Origin: Candidatus Nomurabacteria bacterium
GTDB lineage: Bacteria; Patescibacteriota; Patescibacteriia; HK-STAS-PATE-3
Reading direction: 5' to 3'
DNA: 64,000 nt
Assembly: GCA_023898465.1 (NCBI GenBank)
Contig: CP060223.1
Coordinates: forward strand, 288,001-352,000
Below, one piece after another: positions 15,752-25,379 of the stretch (the first letter of the stretch is position 1; each line of letters starts with the position of its first letter). Made by a program: the position numbers and the translations under genes. The notes below the pieces were generated by a model that was not told the origin of the DNA, did not search any database, and worked only from the letters and a program-made list of their open reading frames with translations.

Positions 15752-17686
15752 ATGGCAAAAATTCTCGGAATCGATCTCGGTACGACCAACTCAGCAATGG
15801 CTGTAGTGGAGGGTGGTGAACCGAAAATCATTGAAAACAACGAAGGCAATCGCACGACACCTTCTATGGTGGCGATGGCCAAAAACGGCGAGCGCTTAGC
15901 TGGACAGCTGGCCAAGCGACAAGCGGTTACCAATCCAGAAAACACAATTTTCTCGGTCAAGCGTTTAATTGGACGCCACTGGGATGATGCAGAAGTGCAG
16001 CGTGATGTAAAAACCATGCCCTACAAGATTACTCAGGGCGGTGAAGGCGTGAAAGTGAAGCTGGGTGATAAGGAATACACCCCGCAGGAAATTTCCGCCA
16101 TGATCCTGCAGAAGTTAAAGGCAGACGCTGAGGAGCGCTTGGGCGAAAAAATCACTGAAGCGGTCATTACGGTTCCAGCCTACTTTGATGACAGTCAGCG
16201 CCAAGCTACCAAAGACGCGGGTCGCATTGCCGGCTTTGACGTGAAGCGCATTATTAACGAGCCAACTGCTGCAGCCTTGGCCTATGGCTTTAACAAGAAA
16301 AAGGATGAGAAGATCGCCGTGTATGACCTTGGCGGCGGTACTTTTGACATCTCTATTCTCGAAGTGTCAGCTGACACGGTGGAAGTGAAATCCACCAATG
16401 GTGACACGCACTTGGGCGGTGATGACTTTGACCAAGTGATTATTCACTGGATCATTGATGAGTTTAAGAAACTGGAAGGCATTGATCTGTCTAAGGACAC
16501 CCAAGCGCTCCAACGCTTAAAGGATTCAGCAGAAAAAGCCAAGCATGAGCTTTCCACTGCTATGGAAACAGAAATCAGTCAGCCTTTCATCACCACTGAT
16601 GCCAGCGGTCCAAAGCACTTGAGCTTGAAATTGACCCGGGCCAAACTCGAAGGCCTGGTAGGCGAGCTGGTTGAAAAAACCCTGGTGCCGGTCAAGCAGG
16701 CGCTGAAGGATGCCGGCCTAGAAGCCAGCGATATCAATGAAGTCATTATGGTTGGTGGACAGACACGCATGCCTTTGGTGCAAAAAACCGTTGAGCAATT
16801 CTTTGGCAAGAAACCACACCTGGGCGTGAACCCTGACGAAGTGGTCGCCCTCGGTGCTGCAGTGCAGGCCGGCGTGCTCCAAGGTGATGTGAAAGACGTG
16901 CTGCTACTCGACGTCACACCTTTGACCCTTGGCTTAGAAACCCTGGGCGGTGTAGCGACTCCTTTAATCGAGCGTAACACGACTGTGCCGACCTCGAAGT
17001 CGCAAACCTTCTCCACCGCAGCTGATAATCAGACCTCAGTGGAAATCCATGTGCTGCAGGGTGAGCGACCAATGGCCAGCGATAACAAGACCTTAGGCAA
17101 ATTTATCCTCTCTGGTATTCCACCAGCTCCTCGAGGTGTGCCGCAGGTTGAAGTGACCTTTGATATTGACGCCAATGGTATCCTGAACGTGAAGGCAAAA
17201 GATAAGGCCTCGGGCAAAGAGCAGTCGATTACCATTACTGCTTCCACGCAGCTCTCCAAAGATGAAATTGAGCGCATGCGTACCGAAGCTGAGTCACATG
17301 CGGAAGAGGATAAGAAAAAGCGCGAGTCAATTGAGCTGAAGAACCAGGCTGAAACCCTTATCTACACGGCTGAGAAAGCGCTCAAAGACGCTGGCGATAA
17401 AGTTACTGATGATGTGAAAAAAGAAGTGCAAGAGAAGATTGATGCCCTGAAGAAGGCGCAAGAAAGTGATGACGCCGCGCAAATCCAGCCAGCCCTTGAT
17501 GTGCTCAATCAAAGCATGCAAAAAATCGGCCAAGCCATGTACGGCCAGCAGCAGCCAGGTCAGCCCGGCGCTGAACAAGCTGGTCAAGATGCTGGAGCAG
17601 CCGGTCAGGCCTCTGAAGAACCCAAAACTGATAACGCCAAAGATAGCGATACGGTAGAGGGGAACTACGAGGAAGTAAAAAAATAA
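15752..17686 (+). CDS. dnaK: molecular chaperone DnaK (Hsp70)
   Basis: [17 protein letters not shown], the EKA lid, and a G/Q/A-rich C-terminus ending EEVKK. Confidence 0.98.
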   Translation: MAKILGIDLGTTNSAMAVVEGGEPKIIENNEGNRTTPSMVAMAKNGERLAGQLAKRQAVTNPENTIFSVKRLIGRHWDDAEVQRDVKTMPYKITQGGEGVKVKLGDKEYTPQEISAMILQKLKADAEERLGEKITEAVITVPAYFDDSQRQATKDAGRIAGFDVKRIINEPTAAALAYGFNKKKDEKIAVYDLGGGTFDISILEVSADTVEVKSTNGDTHLGGDDFDQVIIHWIIDEFKKLEGIDLSKDTQALQRLKDSAEKAKHELSTAMETEISQPFITTDASGPKHLSLKLTRAKLEGLVGELVEKTLVPVKQALKDAGLEASDINEVIMVGGQTRMPLVQKTVEQFFGKKPHLGVNPDEVVALGAAVQAGVLQGDVKDVLLLDVTPLTLGLETLGGVATPLIERNTTVPTSKSQTFSTAADNQTSVEIHVLQGERPMASDNKTLGKFILSGIPPAPRGVPQVEVTFDIDANGILNVKAKDKASGKEQSITITASTQLSKDEIERMRTEAESHAEEDKKKRESIELKNQAETLIYTAEKALKDAGDKVTDDVKKEVQEKIDALKKAQESDDAAQIQPALDVLNQSMQKIGQAMYGQQQPGQPGAEQAGQDAGAAGQASEEPKTDNAKDSDTVEGNYEEVKK

Positions 17687-17696
17687 GCGCACTAAC

Positions 17697-17724
17697 CCCG
17701 CCGTGTCTGCAAAGGCACGGCGGG
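17697..17724 (+). other. GC stem-loop after dnaK (CCCGCCGTG / CACGGCGGG), no U-tract
   Basis: 9-bp perfect stem with a 10-nt loop, starting 10 nt after the dnaK stop. Possibly a partial terminator or mRNA stabiliser. Confidence 0.4.
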
Positions 17725-17755
17725 ATCGCAAATAATCTTCATAACTAGGAATACT

Positions 17756-18085
17756 ATGGCCAACAATTACAATATGCCCCCACAACAACAACGCCCGCAG
17801 ATTCAGATTAAGATTGCTGATGAGCAATTAAAAGGTGCTTACACCAACTCGGTGGCAGTTTTTCACTCCAAAGAGGAGTTTGTGCTTGATTTCATGAACG
17901 TGTATCCACCGCAAGGCATGGGCACGGTTGTCAGTCGCGTGATCACCAGCCCGGGACACATGAAGCGCCTCCTGGCAGCTCTGCAGGACAATATTGCCAA
18001 ATATGAGAAGCAACATGGTAAAATAGAAGAGGCAAAAACGCCTGACGCATCATTTGGCTTTAATACCGAAGAAAAGGATAAATAA
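17756..18085 (+). CDS. DUF3467 family protein
   Basis: GAYTNSVAVFHSKEEFVLDFMNVYPPQ...SRVITSPGHMKRLLAALQDNIAKYEKQHG matches my recollection of DUF3467. Confidence 0.7.
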   Translation: MANNYNMPPQQQRPQIQIKIADEQLKGAYTNSVAVFHSKEEFVLDFMNVYPPQGMGTVVSRVITSPGHMKRLLAALQDNIAKYEKQHGKIEEAKTPDASFGFNTEEKDK

Positions 18086-18337
18086 ATGGAAGAAGATAGT
18101 GAAAATAAATTAGTAAGCTGGAAAATAAAATTTATTTTTGGAGCCGTGATCGTGTCACTTTTTGCGGTTGAGGTAGGTGCTTTGTATGAACATGCGCCGA
18201 TGAATGATCATACAGGACCATGTAAGGTTATTGATTGCCATCAGGATCATACTGAAGAGTCTATATTTAACGGGGCAGTAAGTGGTATTTCTCCGTCAGG
18301 AACCATGGATTATACTGACCTTAACATTCCAAGCTAG
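18086..18337 (+). CDS. small membrane-anchored hypothetical protein
   Basis: ATG abuts the previous stop. One TM helix (IKFIFGAVIVSLFAVEVGAL). AT-rich. Confidence 0.5.
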   Translation: MEEDSENKLVSWKIKFIFGAVIVSLFAVEVGALYEHAPMNDHTGPCKVIDCHQDHTEESIFNGAVSGISPSGTMDYTDLNIPS

Positions 18338-18351
18338 TAGTTATAGTTATT

Positions 18352-19419
18352 ATGGCCTCGAAGCAAAACAAAAAAAAGAAAGAAGAGCCAGTCGCGCCTT
18401 TGCAATACCATCAGCGTAATCGTTTGATAGGGATATACGCCTTTGCGATTCTTGCTTGGGCAGGCTTTTGGTGGCTCATCCGGACGGCCTTTGCTGCAGA
18501 GATGCTACTTAGCGCAGAAACGCTTTGGCTCGTCAGTGGTGCTTTTGTGCTGTTTGGGCTTTCCCTTGGACTCTTTGGCTTGATGGCGGCAGTTGTTCGC
18601 ATACCGCGTTGGGGCGTTCTCTATGCCGCCGGAGCTGGGCTATTGCCGATCGCGTTTTTCCCTTTGAACCTTTTTACTTTGGCCGGAGCTTTACTGCTCA
18701 TGGCAGTGTGGTTTCGCTATTGGGCCATGGTAACGGAGGAGTCTGAGCATCGCATTCGCTTCAATCTAGTAAAAAGTGTTACCCACGGACTTGGTACGAT
18801 AATTTACCTGACCGTATTAAGTGTGGCCGTGTTTTATCTGGCCGTGACCAGTCAGTCGAATCAAACAAGCACGACATTTATTGATAACGTAACAAACTCC
18901 GCCTCTGATGCCGTCTTAGCAGTGCTGGATAATCAGCTGCCGGAATTTGATGCACAAATGACTTTGGATGCATTTATTACGCAGTATAGCGACCAGGATA
19001 TCACCGCCCTTTTACCTGAAAACTTTTTACCGGAAGACGTAAATAAATCCTTATTGGAAGAAAACACGCAGCAGAATATTGAAAACCTGGACGAAACCGC
19101 GCGGCAAGCAGCTATTGAAGAAGCGCGTACGCAGTTATTGCAAGCCTTGAATATTCACGCTGAGGGTAGTGACAGTATGGAAACGGTGGTGCGTCGCTTA
19201 GTGGAAGATAAACTGCAGCCGTTACTTGAGCGTTATGATACTGTTATCCCGCCAGTGCTCGCCTTAGCACTTTTCTCAGTCCTTTCCATCCTGGGCCTGG
19301 TGTATTTCTGGTGGATCGTGTTGTGGGCTTTCATTTGCTATGGTATCCTGCGAATTCTTCGCTGGGTGGAATTTGTTGAACATACGCAGACCGTCACCCG
19401 CGCGGAAATAAAGAACTGA
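18352..19419 (+). CDS. polytopic membrane protein, unknown function
   Basis: 355 aa. Several N-terminal TM helices and one C-terminal pair, with an acidic soluble middle. Confidence 0.65.
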   Translation: MASKQNKKKKEEPVAPLQYHQRNRLIGIYAFAILAWAGFWWLIRTAFAAEMLLSAETLWLVSGAFVLFGLSLGLFGLMAAVVRIPRWGVLYAAGAGLLPIAFFPLNLFTLAGALLLMAVWFRYWAMVTEESEHRIRFNLVKSVTHGLGTIIYLTVLSVAVFYLAVTSQSNQTSTTFIDNVTNSASDAVLAVLDNQLPEFDAQMTLDAFITQYSDQDITALLPENFLPEDVNKSLLEENTQQNIENLDETARQAAIEEARTQLLQALNIHAEGSDSMETVVRRLVEDKLQPLLERYDTVIPPVLALALFSVLSILGLVYFWWIVLWAFICYGILRILRWVEFVEHTQTVTRAEIKN

Positions 19420-19423
19420 AGCT

Positions 19424-20530
19424 ATGGCTAGAGATTATTACGAAATCCTCGGCGTCAGCCGCAACGCCTCGCAGGATGATATTAAAAAAGCATATCGCAA
19501 ATTAGCGCATCAACACCACCCAGATAAAAAGGGCGGGGATGAGGCAAAGTTTAAAGAGGTAAACGAGGCCTACCAGGTATTAGGCAACGCGGACAAACGG
19601 GCCAAGTACGATCAATTTGGCAGTGCTGTGTTCCAAGGTGGCGGAGCAGGCCCGGGCGGCGCCCAGTGGTCTGATTTCGCGCGCGGTGGTGGTTTCGGCG
19701 GCGGACAAGCCTATGGCAATGTTGATTTTGGTGACCTGGGAGATATTTTTGGCGACATTTTTGGTTTTGGTGGGCAGCGAGGCGGCCGCGGGAGTCGTCA
19801 GCAGCGCGGGAATGACGTGGAAACTGAAGTCCATATCTCCTTGAAAGACGCTGCTTTTGGTGTAAGTAAGTCTTTAGAGCTGACACAAGATTTGCCTTGC
19901 AGCACCTGTAAAGGAAACGGCGCTAAGCCAGGCTCAAAAGTGGATACCTGCTCGACCTGCGGAGGCAGCGGGCAAGTCGCTCAAGTGCGTAACACCTTAT
20001 TCGGTGCTATGCAGACCGTGGGTGCCTGTCCAAATTGCCAGGGCGAGGGGACTATCGTGAAAGAAGCCTGTACCACCTGCCGAGGCAGTGGAGTTGAGCG
20101 ACGGAAGCGCACACTAAAAGTACAGATCCCGGCCGGAATCGCTGATGGGCAGAGTATACGTTTGAACGGCGAAGGACAGGCAGGCAAGCGGGGAGTCGCA
20201 CCTGGAGATTTATATGTCCGAGTACGCGTTGATATGGATGCGAGTTTCGAGCGACAAGGCGATGATCTCTACATGCGCGTTCCCGTGTCGGTTTCCCAAG
20301 CTGCCTTAGGCGATAGCATTCAGATTGCCACCATCGATGGAGAAGTGAAGCTTGATATCCCGTCCGGTACGCAGCCAAATAGCAAGATACGCCTGAAGGG
20401 TAAGGGTATGACTCATCTGCGCTCCCGCGGCCGCGGCGATCTTTACGTTGTGGTGAAAGTGGAGATTCCAAAGAAGCTGAGCAAGGAAGCGAAAAAGGCG
20501 CTGGAGGTGTTGCGCGGCGAGGGGGTTTAG
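19424..20530 (+). CDS. dnaJ: molecular chaperone DnaJ
   Basis: J domain DYYEILGV...HPDK, G/F region, and four CxxCxGxG zinc motifs. Confidence 0.97.
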   Translation: MARDYYEILGVSRNASQDDIKKAYRKLAHQHHPDKKGGDEAKFKEVNEAYQVLGNADKRAKYDQFGSAVFQGGGAGPGGAQWSDFARGGGFGGGQAYGNVDFGDLGDIFGDIFGFGGQRGGRGSRQQRGNDVETEVHISLKDAAFGVSKSLELTQDLPCSTCKGNGAKPGSKVDTCSTCGGSGQVAQVRNTLFGAMQTVGACPNCQGEGTIVKEACTTCRGSGVERRKRTLKVQIPAGIADGQSIRLNGEGQAGKRGVAPGDLYVRVRVDMDASFERQGDDLYMRVPVSVSQAALGDSIQIATIDGEVKLDIPSGTQPNSKIRLKGKGMTHLRSRGRGDLYVVVKVEIPKKLSKEAKKALEVLRGEGV

Positions 20531-20537
20531 TTTCATA

Positions 20538-20569
20538 GACAAGGCGTCCCGGCCTTGTCGTAGTTTTTT
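20538..20569 (+). terminator. rho-independent terminator of dnaJ
   Basis: GACAAGGC-gtcccg-GCCTTGTC followed by GTAGTTTTTT. Confidence 0.75.
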
Positions 20570-20757
20570 GTTATTCCATCCCGCCCTCACCGTGTTGTTA
20601 TAAGTAACTGCTCAAAGTACCACCTTTGAGCAGTAGTAGCGCTCCTCCCTGAACGTGGTAGTTCATGGAGTTGGGTAGTTCTTGCGTGAAGGTATGCGCT
20701 CTGCTACCATACGGGCGTTTTCACGTTCCTTAGGAGTGAATCAAGAGGAGGGAGCAC

Positions 20758-21081
20758 ATGTCCTGCACTTTTACCTTTCCCGTACCCAAGGGCGTCACGG
20801 AGTTTCGGATCACCACACCCAATTCTGAGAAACTGGCCGGCACCGGACCTCGCTGGGTGGAGGTCAAGGAAGGCTGGACCAGATCCTACAAGCCGATCGA
20901 GGGTGGGCCTGGTACCATCAGAGTGACCAAGGTTGGTCAGGTGCGAGGCGGACACCGTATGGTGACCGTCGAGCTGGTCGACATGACCGCCACCTACGAG
21001 GCGGTGCTGCACTGCAAGCCGGCACCGAGCCAGGCAGTGCAGGAGGCCAGACAGGAGGTCCCGGTCGCCCAAGCATCCTAG
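20758..21081 (+). CDS. orphan hypothetical protein in a high-GC cassette
   Basis: SD GAGGAGGGA at 20745-20753. 107 aa with strongly G/C-biased third codon positions. Has its own terminator. No family recognised. Confidence 0.6.
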   Translation: MSCTFTFPVPKGVTEFRITTPNSEKLAGTGPRWVEVKEGWTRSYKPIEGGPGTIRVTKVGQVRGGHRMVTVELVDMTATYEAVLHCKPAPSQAVQEARQEVPVAQAS

Positions 21082-21103
21082 CTTCTCGACGCGCATAGTC
21101 CAC

Positions 21104-21137
21104 AACGGCCTAGTATTGCACTGGGCCGTTTTCTTTT
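21104..21137 (+). terminator. rho-independent terminator
   Basis: AACGGCCTAG-tattgca-CTGGGCCGTT (10 bp including one G.U) followed by TTTCTTTT. Confidence 0.7.
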
Positions 21138-21146
21138 ACGCGTTCA

Positions 21147-21175
21147 TTGCAGCAGATTCGCGATTGTGGTATAAT
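21147..21175 (+). promoter_or_regulatory. sigma70-type promoter with extended -10
   Basis: TTGCAG, 17-nt spacer ending in TGG, then TATAAT (21170-21175). Lies 25 nt upstream of the 21200 ATG. Confidence 0.65.
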
Positions 21176-21199
21176 GCAAATAGATAAACACATACACAC

Positions 21200-21745
21200 A
21201 TGGGGGAAGCACAACAATTTGTCGCAAATATTGACTGGGCCACGCCTACTTGGGATTTATTCATCATCCTCTTCTTTGTGGTGGCTGGTTTGCTCTATGG
21301 TTTGAGTCTTGGTCGCGATCGCATTGTGGTTATCTTGGTGTCGATTTATATGGCTATGGCAGTGGCAACTACCGCGCCCTATATTGGCGAGTTAAATGCG
21401 CAAATCGGCATTCAGAATGTGTTTGTGTTCCAAATCTCCGCCTTCCTCGTTGCCTTTATTGCGCTTTTTCTGCTCTTGTCGCGCTCAGCCTTGCTCAAAA
21501 CAATTGCTGTTGGTGATGCGCAAGGCAGCTGGTGGCAGGTGCTGGTCTTCAGCATTCTCCATGTTGGCTTATTGGTGAGCATTACTTTGTCCTTTTTGCC
21601 GCCTGAAGCAGCTGAGGGTCTGTCACCACTCACACGTCAAATGTTTGCCTCCGAGGGCGCTCGCTTTGGCTGGATTATTGCGCCGATTATCTTAATGGTG
21701 CTCTTGCGCACGGATAACAAAAAGAAGTTTAAGTACGATATGTAG
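21200..21745 (+). CDS. polytopic membrane protein, unknown function
   Basis: 181 aa with 5 or more hydrophobic helices. Short leader without an SD. Confidence 0.65.
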   Translation: MGEAQQFVANIDWATPTWDLFIILFFVVAGLLYGLSLGRDRIVVILVSIYMAMAVATTAPYIGELNAQIGIQNVFVFQISAFLVAFIALFLLLSRSALLKTIAVGDAQGSWWQVLVFSILHVGLLVSITLSFLPPEAAEGLSPLTRQMFASEGARFGWIIAPIILMVLLRTDNKKKFKYDM

Positions 21746-21829
21746 GAGAAATTCGAAATACTAATTTCGAAAATCAAAACAAATACTAAATCCGAATAAT
21801 ACAGAAGGAGGAATTGAGTCCCTAGAAAT

Positions 21830-22828
21830 TTATTTTTCCACTGCTGTGACCTCCTGCGGGAGGATTTTTTCTATTTGCTCAACTGATTCCACTTGTACGA
21901 GTTTTTGACGCAAGGCAGAGGCGCCTTCGATTCCGCGGATGTACCAGGTGAGATGCTTGCGAATTTCAAACATGCCGCGGCGTCCTTTTCGTTCATAGAG
22001 TAGTTCAGCATGTCGGAGCATGAGCGCGCGGATTTCCGGCCAGCTGATTGGATCGTAGGATCCACTTTCTAAATACTGACGCGTTTGACGGAAAATCCAC
22101 GCCTGTCCCTGGCTGCCACGGGCAATACCCACTCCATCAGCACCAGTTTGCTCGAGCATGCGTTTTGTATCCTCAGGTGTTTTAATACCCCCGTTCGCGA
22201 GTACTAATCCTTTGAAACGCTGCTTCACTGCTTGAATCATTTCAGTGTCTACTTCGCCACTATGACCCATTTCATATGAACGTCCGTGGATCATGATAGT
22301 GCTGACCGGGAGATCTTCAATTGCCTCGACGAGATCTAGGGCAGTATAACGCTCTTGGCATCCCGGGTCTTCTTCCTTACTTCGCTTGCGTATACTCGAA
22401 CGCACTTTAATAGAGAGGGGGATGGATACGCTGCCTAAAACAGATTCAATAAGCGCACGACAATAGGCTGGTTTGCGAAGCAGTGCCGCGCCAGAGCCGT
22501 GGCCCACCACCTTACGAGCCGGGCAGCCAAAGTTAATATCAATGCCGGAAAATCCGCGCGCCTCCACCTCTTTAGCTGCTTTTGCAAAAGCCTCGATGTC
22601 GTGTCCAAAGATTTGACAGACCACCGGTTGCTCAGCCGGATCAAAATCCATTTTCGCCAAAGCGGTGCGACCGCGATGTGCGATTGCGTCAGAAGAAATA
22701 AATTCGGTATATGCAACGGCAGCTCCTTGTTCGCGACAAAGCTGACGAAATGCCGAATCAGTCACGCCCTCCATGGGTGCCAGGGCGATAATCGGCTGCT
22801 TGAGTTGTGTCCAAAAGTTAGTAGCCAT
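21830..22828 (-). CDS. dus: tRNA-dihydrouridine synthase
   Basis: IALAPMEGVTDSAFRQLCREQGA...TEFIS, plus GIDINFGCP with the catalytic Cys. Confidence 0.88.
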   Translation of the reverse strand: MATNFWTQLKQPIIALAPMEGVTDSAFRQLCREQGAAVAYTEFISSDAIAHRGRTALAKMDFDPAEQPVVCQIFGHDIEAFAKAAKEVEARGFSGIDINFGCPARKVVGHGSGAALLRKPAYCRALIESVLGSVSIPLSIKVRSSIRKRSKEEDPGCQERYTALDLVEAIEDLPVSTIMIHGRSYEMGHSGEVDTEMIQAVKQRFKGLVLANGGIKTPEDTKRMLEQTGADGVGIARGSQGQAWIFRQTRQYLESGSYDPISWPEIRALMLRHAELLYERKGRRGMFEIRKHLTWYIRGIEGASALRQKLVQVESVEQIEKILPQEVTAVEK

Positions 22829-22949
22829 ACGCAGATGCCCACTTTTCCTACCACGTTTTTGCTCTGCCGGTCAATACAAAGCGTGTGTGTCATTGACTTT
22901 TCGCTTGAGGCGAGTTAGCGTTTTGTTAGACCTTTACAGGGAGGGAAGT

Positions 22950-23216
22950 ATGGCTTCACTGCAGGTTTTTGTGCAAGAGGGCTCCAGGAAGCTCGTGCCT
23001 TTGGAAATCGTACTGGACGGAGGGCGTTTGACCTTCCGGGTGATTACCTCGCTCGGAGAAATGGGGGATACTGAGGCGCGCAGTGTGCTTGCCTCCTTGG
23101 TGGAGACCTGCCAAGGCGAGGGCTTGGCGTATACTCCAGAGTGCATTCGGGATGGAGATCGGCATGTGATCGACATGCTCTTTTTTACCCTGAATGCAAA
23201 GCCCACCACCTCGTGA
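22950..23216 (+). CDS. orphan hypothetical protein (88 aa), elevated GC
   Basis: SD GGGAGGGA 4 nt upstream of ATG 22950 (the ORF track opens earlier, at 22773). Has its own terminator. Confidence 0.5.
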   Translation: MASLQVFVQEGSRKLVPLEIVLDGGRLTFRVITSLGEMGDTEARSVLASLVETCQGEGLAYTPECIRDGDRHVIDMLFFTLNAKPTTS

Positions 23217-23234
23217 GTGGAGGAGATGATCAGA

Positions 23235-23267
23235 AACGTCTCGGTTATACCGGGGCGTTTTCCTTTA
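23235..23267 (+). terminator. rho-independent terminator of the 22950 ORF
   Basis: AACGTCTCGG-ttata-CCGGGGCGTT (10 bp, two G.U) followed by TTTCCTTT. Confidence 0.55.
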
Positions 23268-24362
23268 GACGTCGCGTACTCGGAATGACTTCCAGGCCAG
23301 TAAGAAGGACAGGAGAATCCAGCCACCCAGGATGCTGAACTCATAACCGAAGTCACTTATTGGGCTGCCATTTACTGCTACGCCACGTAAGACCTTGAGC
23401 AGTGAAGTGAGTGGCAAGAAGTCAACAATCCGTTCCACAGCTGGTGGTAACATGTCAGGCGAGAAAAAGACGCCAGACAAGAACATCATCGGCGTGGTGA
23501 AAGCATTAGACATTGCCTCAGCAGTATTCACTGTTTTTGCTTGTCCAGCCACAAAGAATCCGATGTTGAGGAAGACGATTGTGCCAATAAGTGTAACCAG
23601 AGTAAGCAGTAACAAGCTGCCGTGAATTTCGACACCAAAGACTAAGCGGGCCACGCTGAGAATTACCGTGATCTGCATTAAAGACAGCACGAGATAAGAT
23701 CCAACCTCAGCCACTAAGAAATTTCGTACCTTAATCGGCGTAGCTAATAAACGCTTGAGGATTTTTCGTTCACGATAGCGCGTAATGCCCACAGCAATAC
23801 CAATGATGGCCGAGAACATGATAGCCATGCCCAGGATGCCCGGGGTAAGGAAATCGAGGTATTTCACATCTTGACCCTGCACACCCTCGGTTGCCACGGT
23901 GAAAATAGGTTGGGCGCCCGCGATTTGCAGATTTACCTTATTTAAAAAGTCATTAAGCACGCTGACGATAATACCGCTCTGCTGATTTGTTTCATCCAGT
24001 ATAACGGTGAAGTTGAGCGGCTCAGTTACTTCATTTTGGGGGACTTGGCCATAGGCGTCTGGGATAACAATAATCCCATCGAGCTCACCATCTTTCATGC
24101 TTTGCACCGCCTCATCCTTATTCGTAATATCGGATTCAGTGAAAATTTCTAAGGAGAACATTTGCTCGCGCAGCATTTGAGAGGATTCAGTTTGTGCCTC
24201 ATCAATCACTGCAATATCAAAGGAGGCTGGAGCATCAAAATTAAATAAGCCAAAAATAACTAGGAAGAGCAGGGGAAAGACCAGCGACCAAAAGAGAGAC
24301 TGCCGGTCGCGAAACAGCATTTTGAGGTTGGAAAGGAAAAGCCTCCAGGTAGGGTTATTCAC
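23265..24362 (-). CDS. ABC-2 type transporter permease
   Basis: 365 aa. N-terminal TM, a large extracytoplasmic loop, then a cluster of 5 TM helices. Overlaps the upstream ATPase gene by 8 nt. Confidence 0.85.
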   Translation of the reverse strand: MNNPTWRLFLSNLKMLFRDRQSLFWSLVFPLLFLVIFGLFNFDAPASFDIAVIDEAQTESSQMLREQMFSLEIFTESDITNKDEAVQSMKDGELDGIIVIPDAYGQVPQNEVTEPLNFTVILDETNQQSGIIVSVLNDFLNKVNLQIAGAQPIFTVATEGVQGQDVKYLDFLTPGILGMAIMFSAIIGIAVGITRYRERKILKRLLATPIKVRNFLVAEVGSYLVLSLMQITVILSVARLVFGVEIHGSLLLLTLVTLIGTIVFLNIGFFVAGQAKTVNTAEAMSNAFTTPMMFLSGVFFSPDMLPPAVERIVDFLPLTSLLKVLRGVAVNGSPISDFGYEFSILGGWILLSFLLAWKSFRVRDV

Positions 24363-25296
24363 GGAGTTTGCTCCCGGTTAAGTGCAAGAAGACATCCTCC
24401 AAGGTTGCTCGAGTGACTTCAATATCTTCCAAGTGCATTTGATGCTGCTCAGCCCAACGGATGAGTGGAGGGAGTACGGCTGAGGCGTGAGTTATTTGTA
24501 ATCGGTATGAGTTTGGCTCACCGTTCATTTCAGCTTTGATGACACCTTCCATGTTAGTGAATTCACTCACTTCTACAGCCTGCGGTGTTTTAAAAGCAAG
24601 ATGGGCAGACGCGTCCAGCTGATCAATCAGTGCCTTAGGCGTATCCAAAGCTACAATCTTACCGTGATCTATGACGCCAATACGATCACAAAGCTCCTCA
24701 GCTTCTTCCATATAGTGGGTGGTGAGGACGACGGTCTTGCCTTGTTCCTTAATCTTGCGAATGAATTGCCACATATGCCGACGCGCCTGTGGGTCCAGAC
24801 CAGTGGTCGGCTCATCCAAGAATACAATCTCCGGATCATTCACTAGGCTAACGGCAATTGAGAAACGTTGCTGCTGACCGCCGGATAATTCCTTTACCAG
24901 TGCTTTTCGCTTTTCGTAGAGGTCAACAATCTTCAGTAGCTCCTCAGCATTTTTTTGCTTTGGGTAAAAAGTGCCAAACAGTTTCAAAATTTCTTCCAGT
25001 GACAGGTAATCGTAAAAAGATGATGACTGTAGTTGGATACCAATGCGTTGCTTTACTTTTTCTACCTCGTGATGAGAATCAAAGCCAAGCACCTTGGCTG
25101 AGCCTCGGGTGGGTACTTGCAGGCCTTCAATTATTTCCAGTGTGGTGGTTTTCCCGGCGCCATTAGGACCCAGGAAGCCAAAAATTTCACCTTGGGCCAC
25201 TTGGAAACTAATGCCGTCCACTGCAGTAAGTTTGCCTGAGCCTTTACCCGGGAGAGGAAATTCTTTGACTAGTTCTTGTACTTCGATGACAGACAT
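24355..25296 (-). CDS. ABC transporter ATP-binding protein
   Basis: Walker A GPNGAGKTT, signature LSGGQQQR, Walker B VFLDEPTTGLD. Start taken at MSVIEVQELVKEF; the ORF track opens 8 codons earlier. Confidence 0.9.
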   Translation of the reverse strand: MSVIEVQELVKEFPLPGKGSGKLTAVDGISFQVAQGEIFGFLGPNGAGKTTTLEIIEGLQVPTRGSAKVLGFDSHHEVEKVKQRIGIQLQSSSFYDYLSLEEILKLFGTFYPKQKNAEELLKIVDLYEKRKALVKELSGGQQQRFSIAVSLVNDPEIVFLDEPTTGLDPQARRHMWQFIRKIKEQGKTVVLTTHYMEEAEELCDRIGVIDHGKIVALDTPKALIDQLDASAHLAFKTPQAVEVSEFTNMEGVIKAEMNGEPNSYRLQITHASAVLPPLIRWAEQHQMHLEDIEVTRATLEDVFLHLTGSKLRE

Positions 25297-25379
25297 AAAG
25301 CAAAGGGGAGTGTAGTACATTCAAATGTGGGTGTAAAGGGAGCATTTGACATATTTTCATATTGTTTTATCCTTAGTCA

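Noticed and set aside
16579-17827. Long antisense ORFs inside dnaK (16579-17016, 17029-17277, 17327-17827). Similar antisense or out-of-frame ORFs lie inside SNF2, gap, tpiA, scpB, korA, lepA, DUF4012 and other genes.
   Set aside because: Each lies within a confidently identified conserved gene on the other strand or in another frame, with no independent signals.
20704-21105. A 133-aa minus-strand ORF (and 20918-21103) antisense to the 107-aa ORF.
   Set aside because: The + strand frame has the SD, the G/C-biased third positions and the downstream terminator. The antisense frames are stop-free by-products of high GC.
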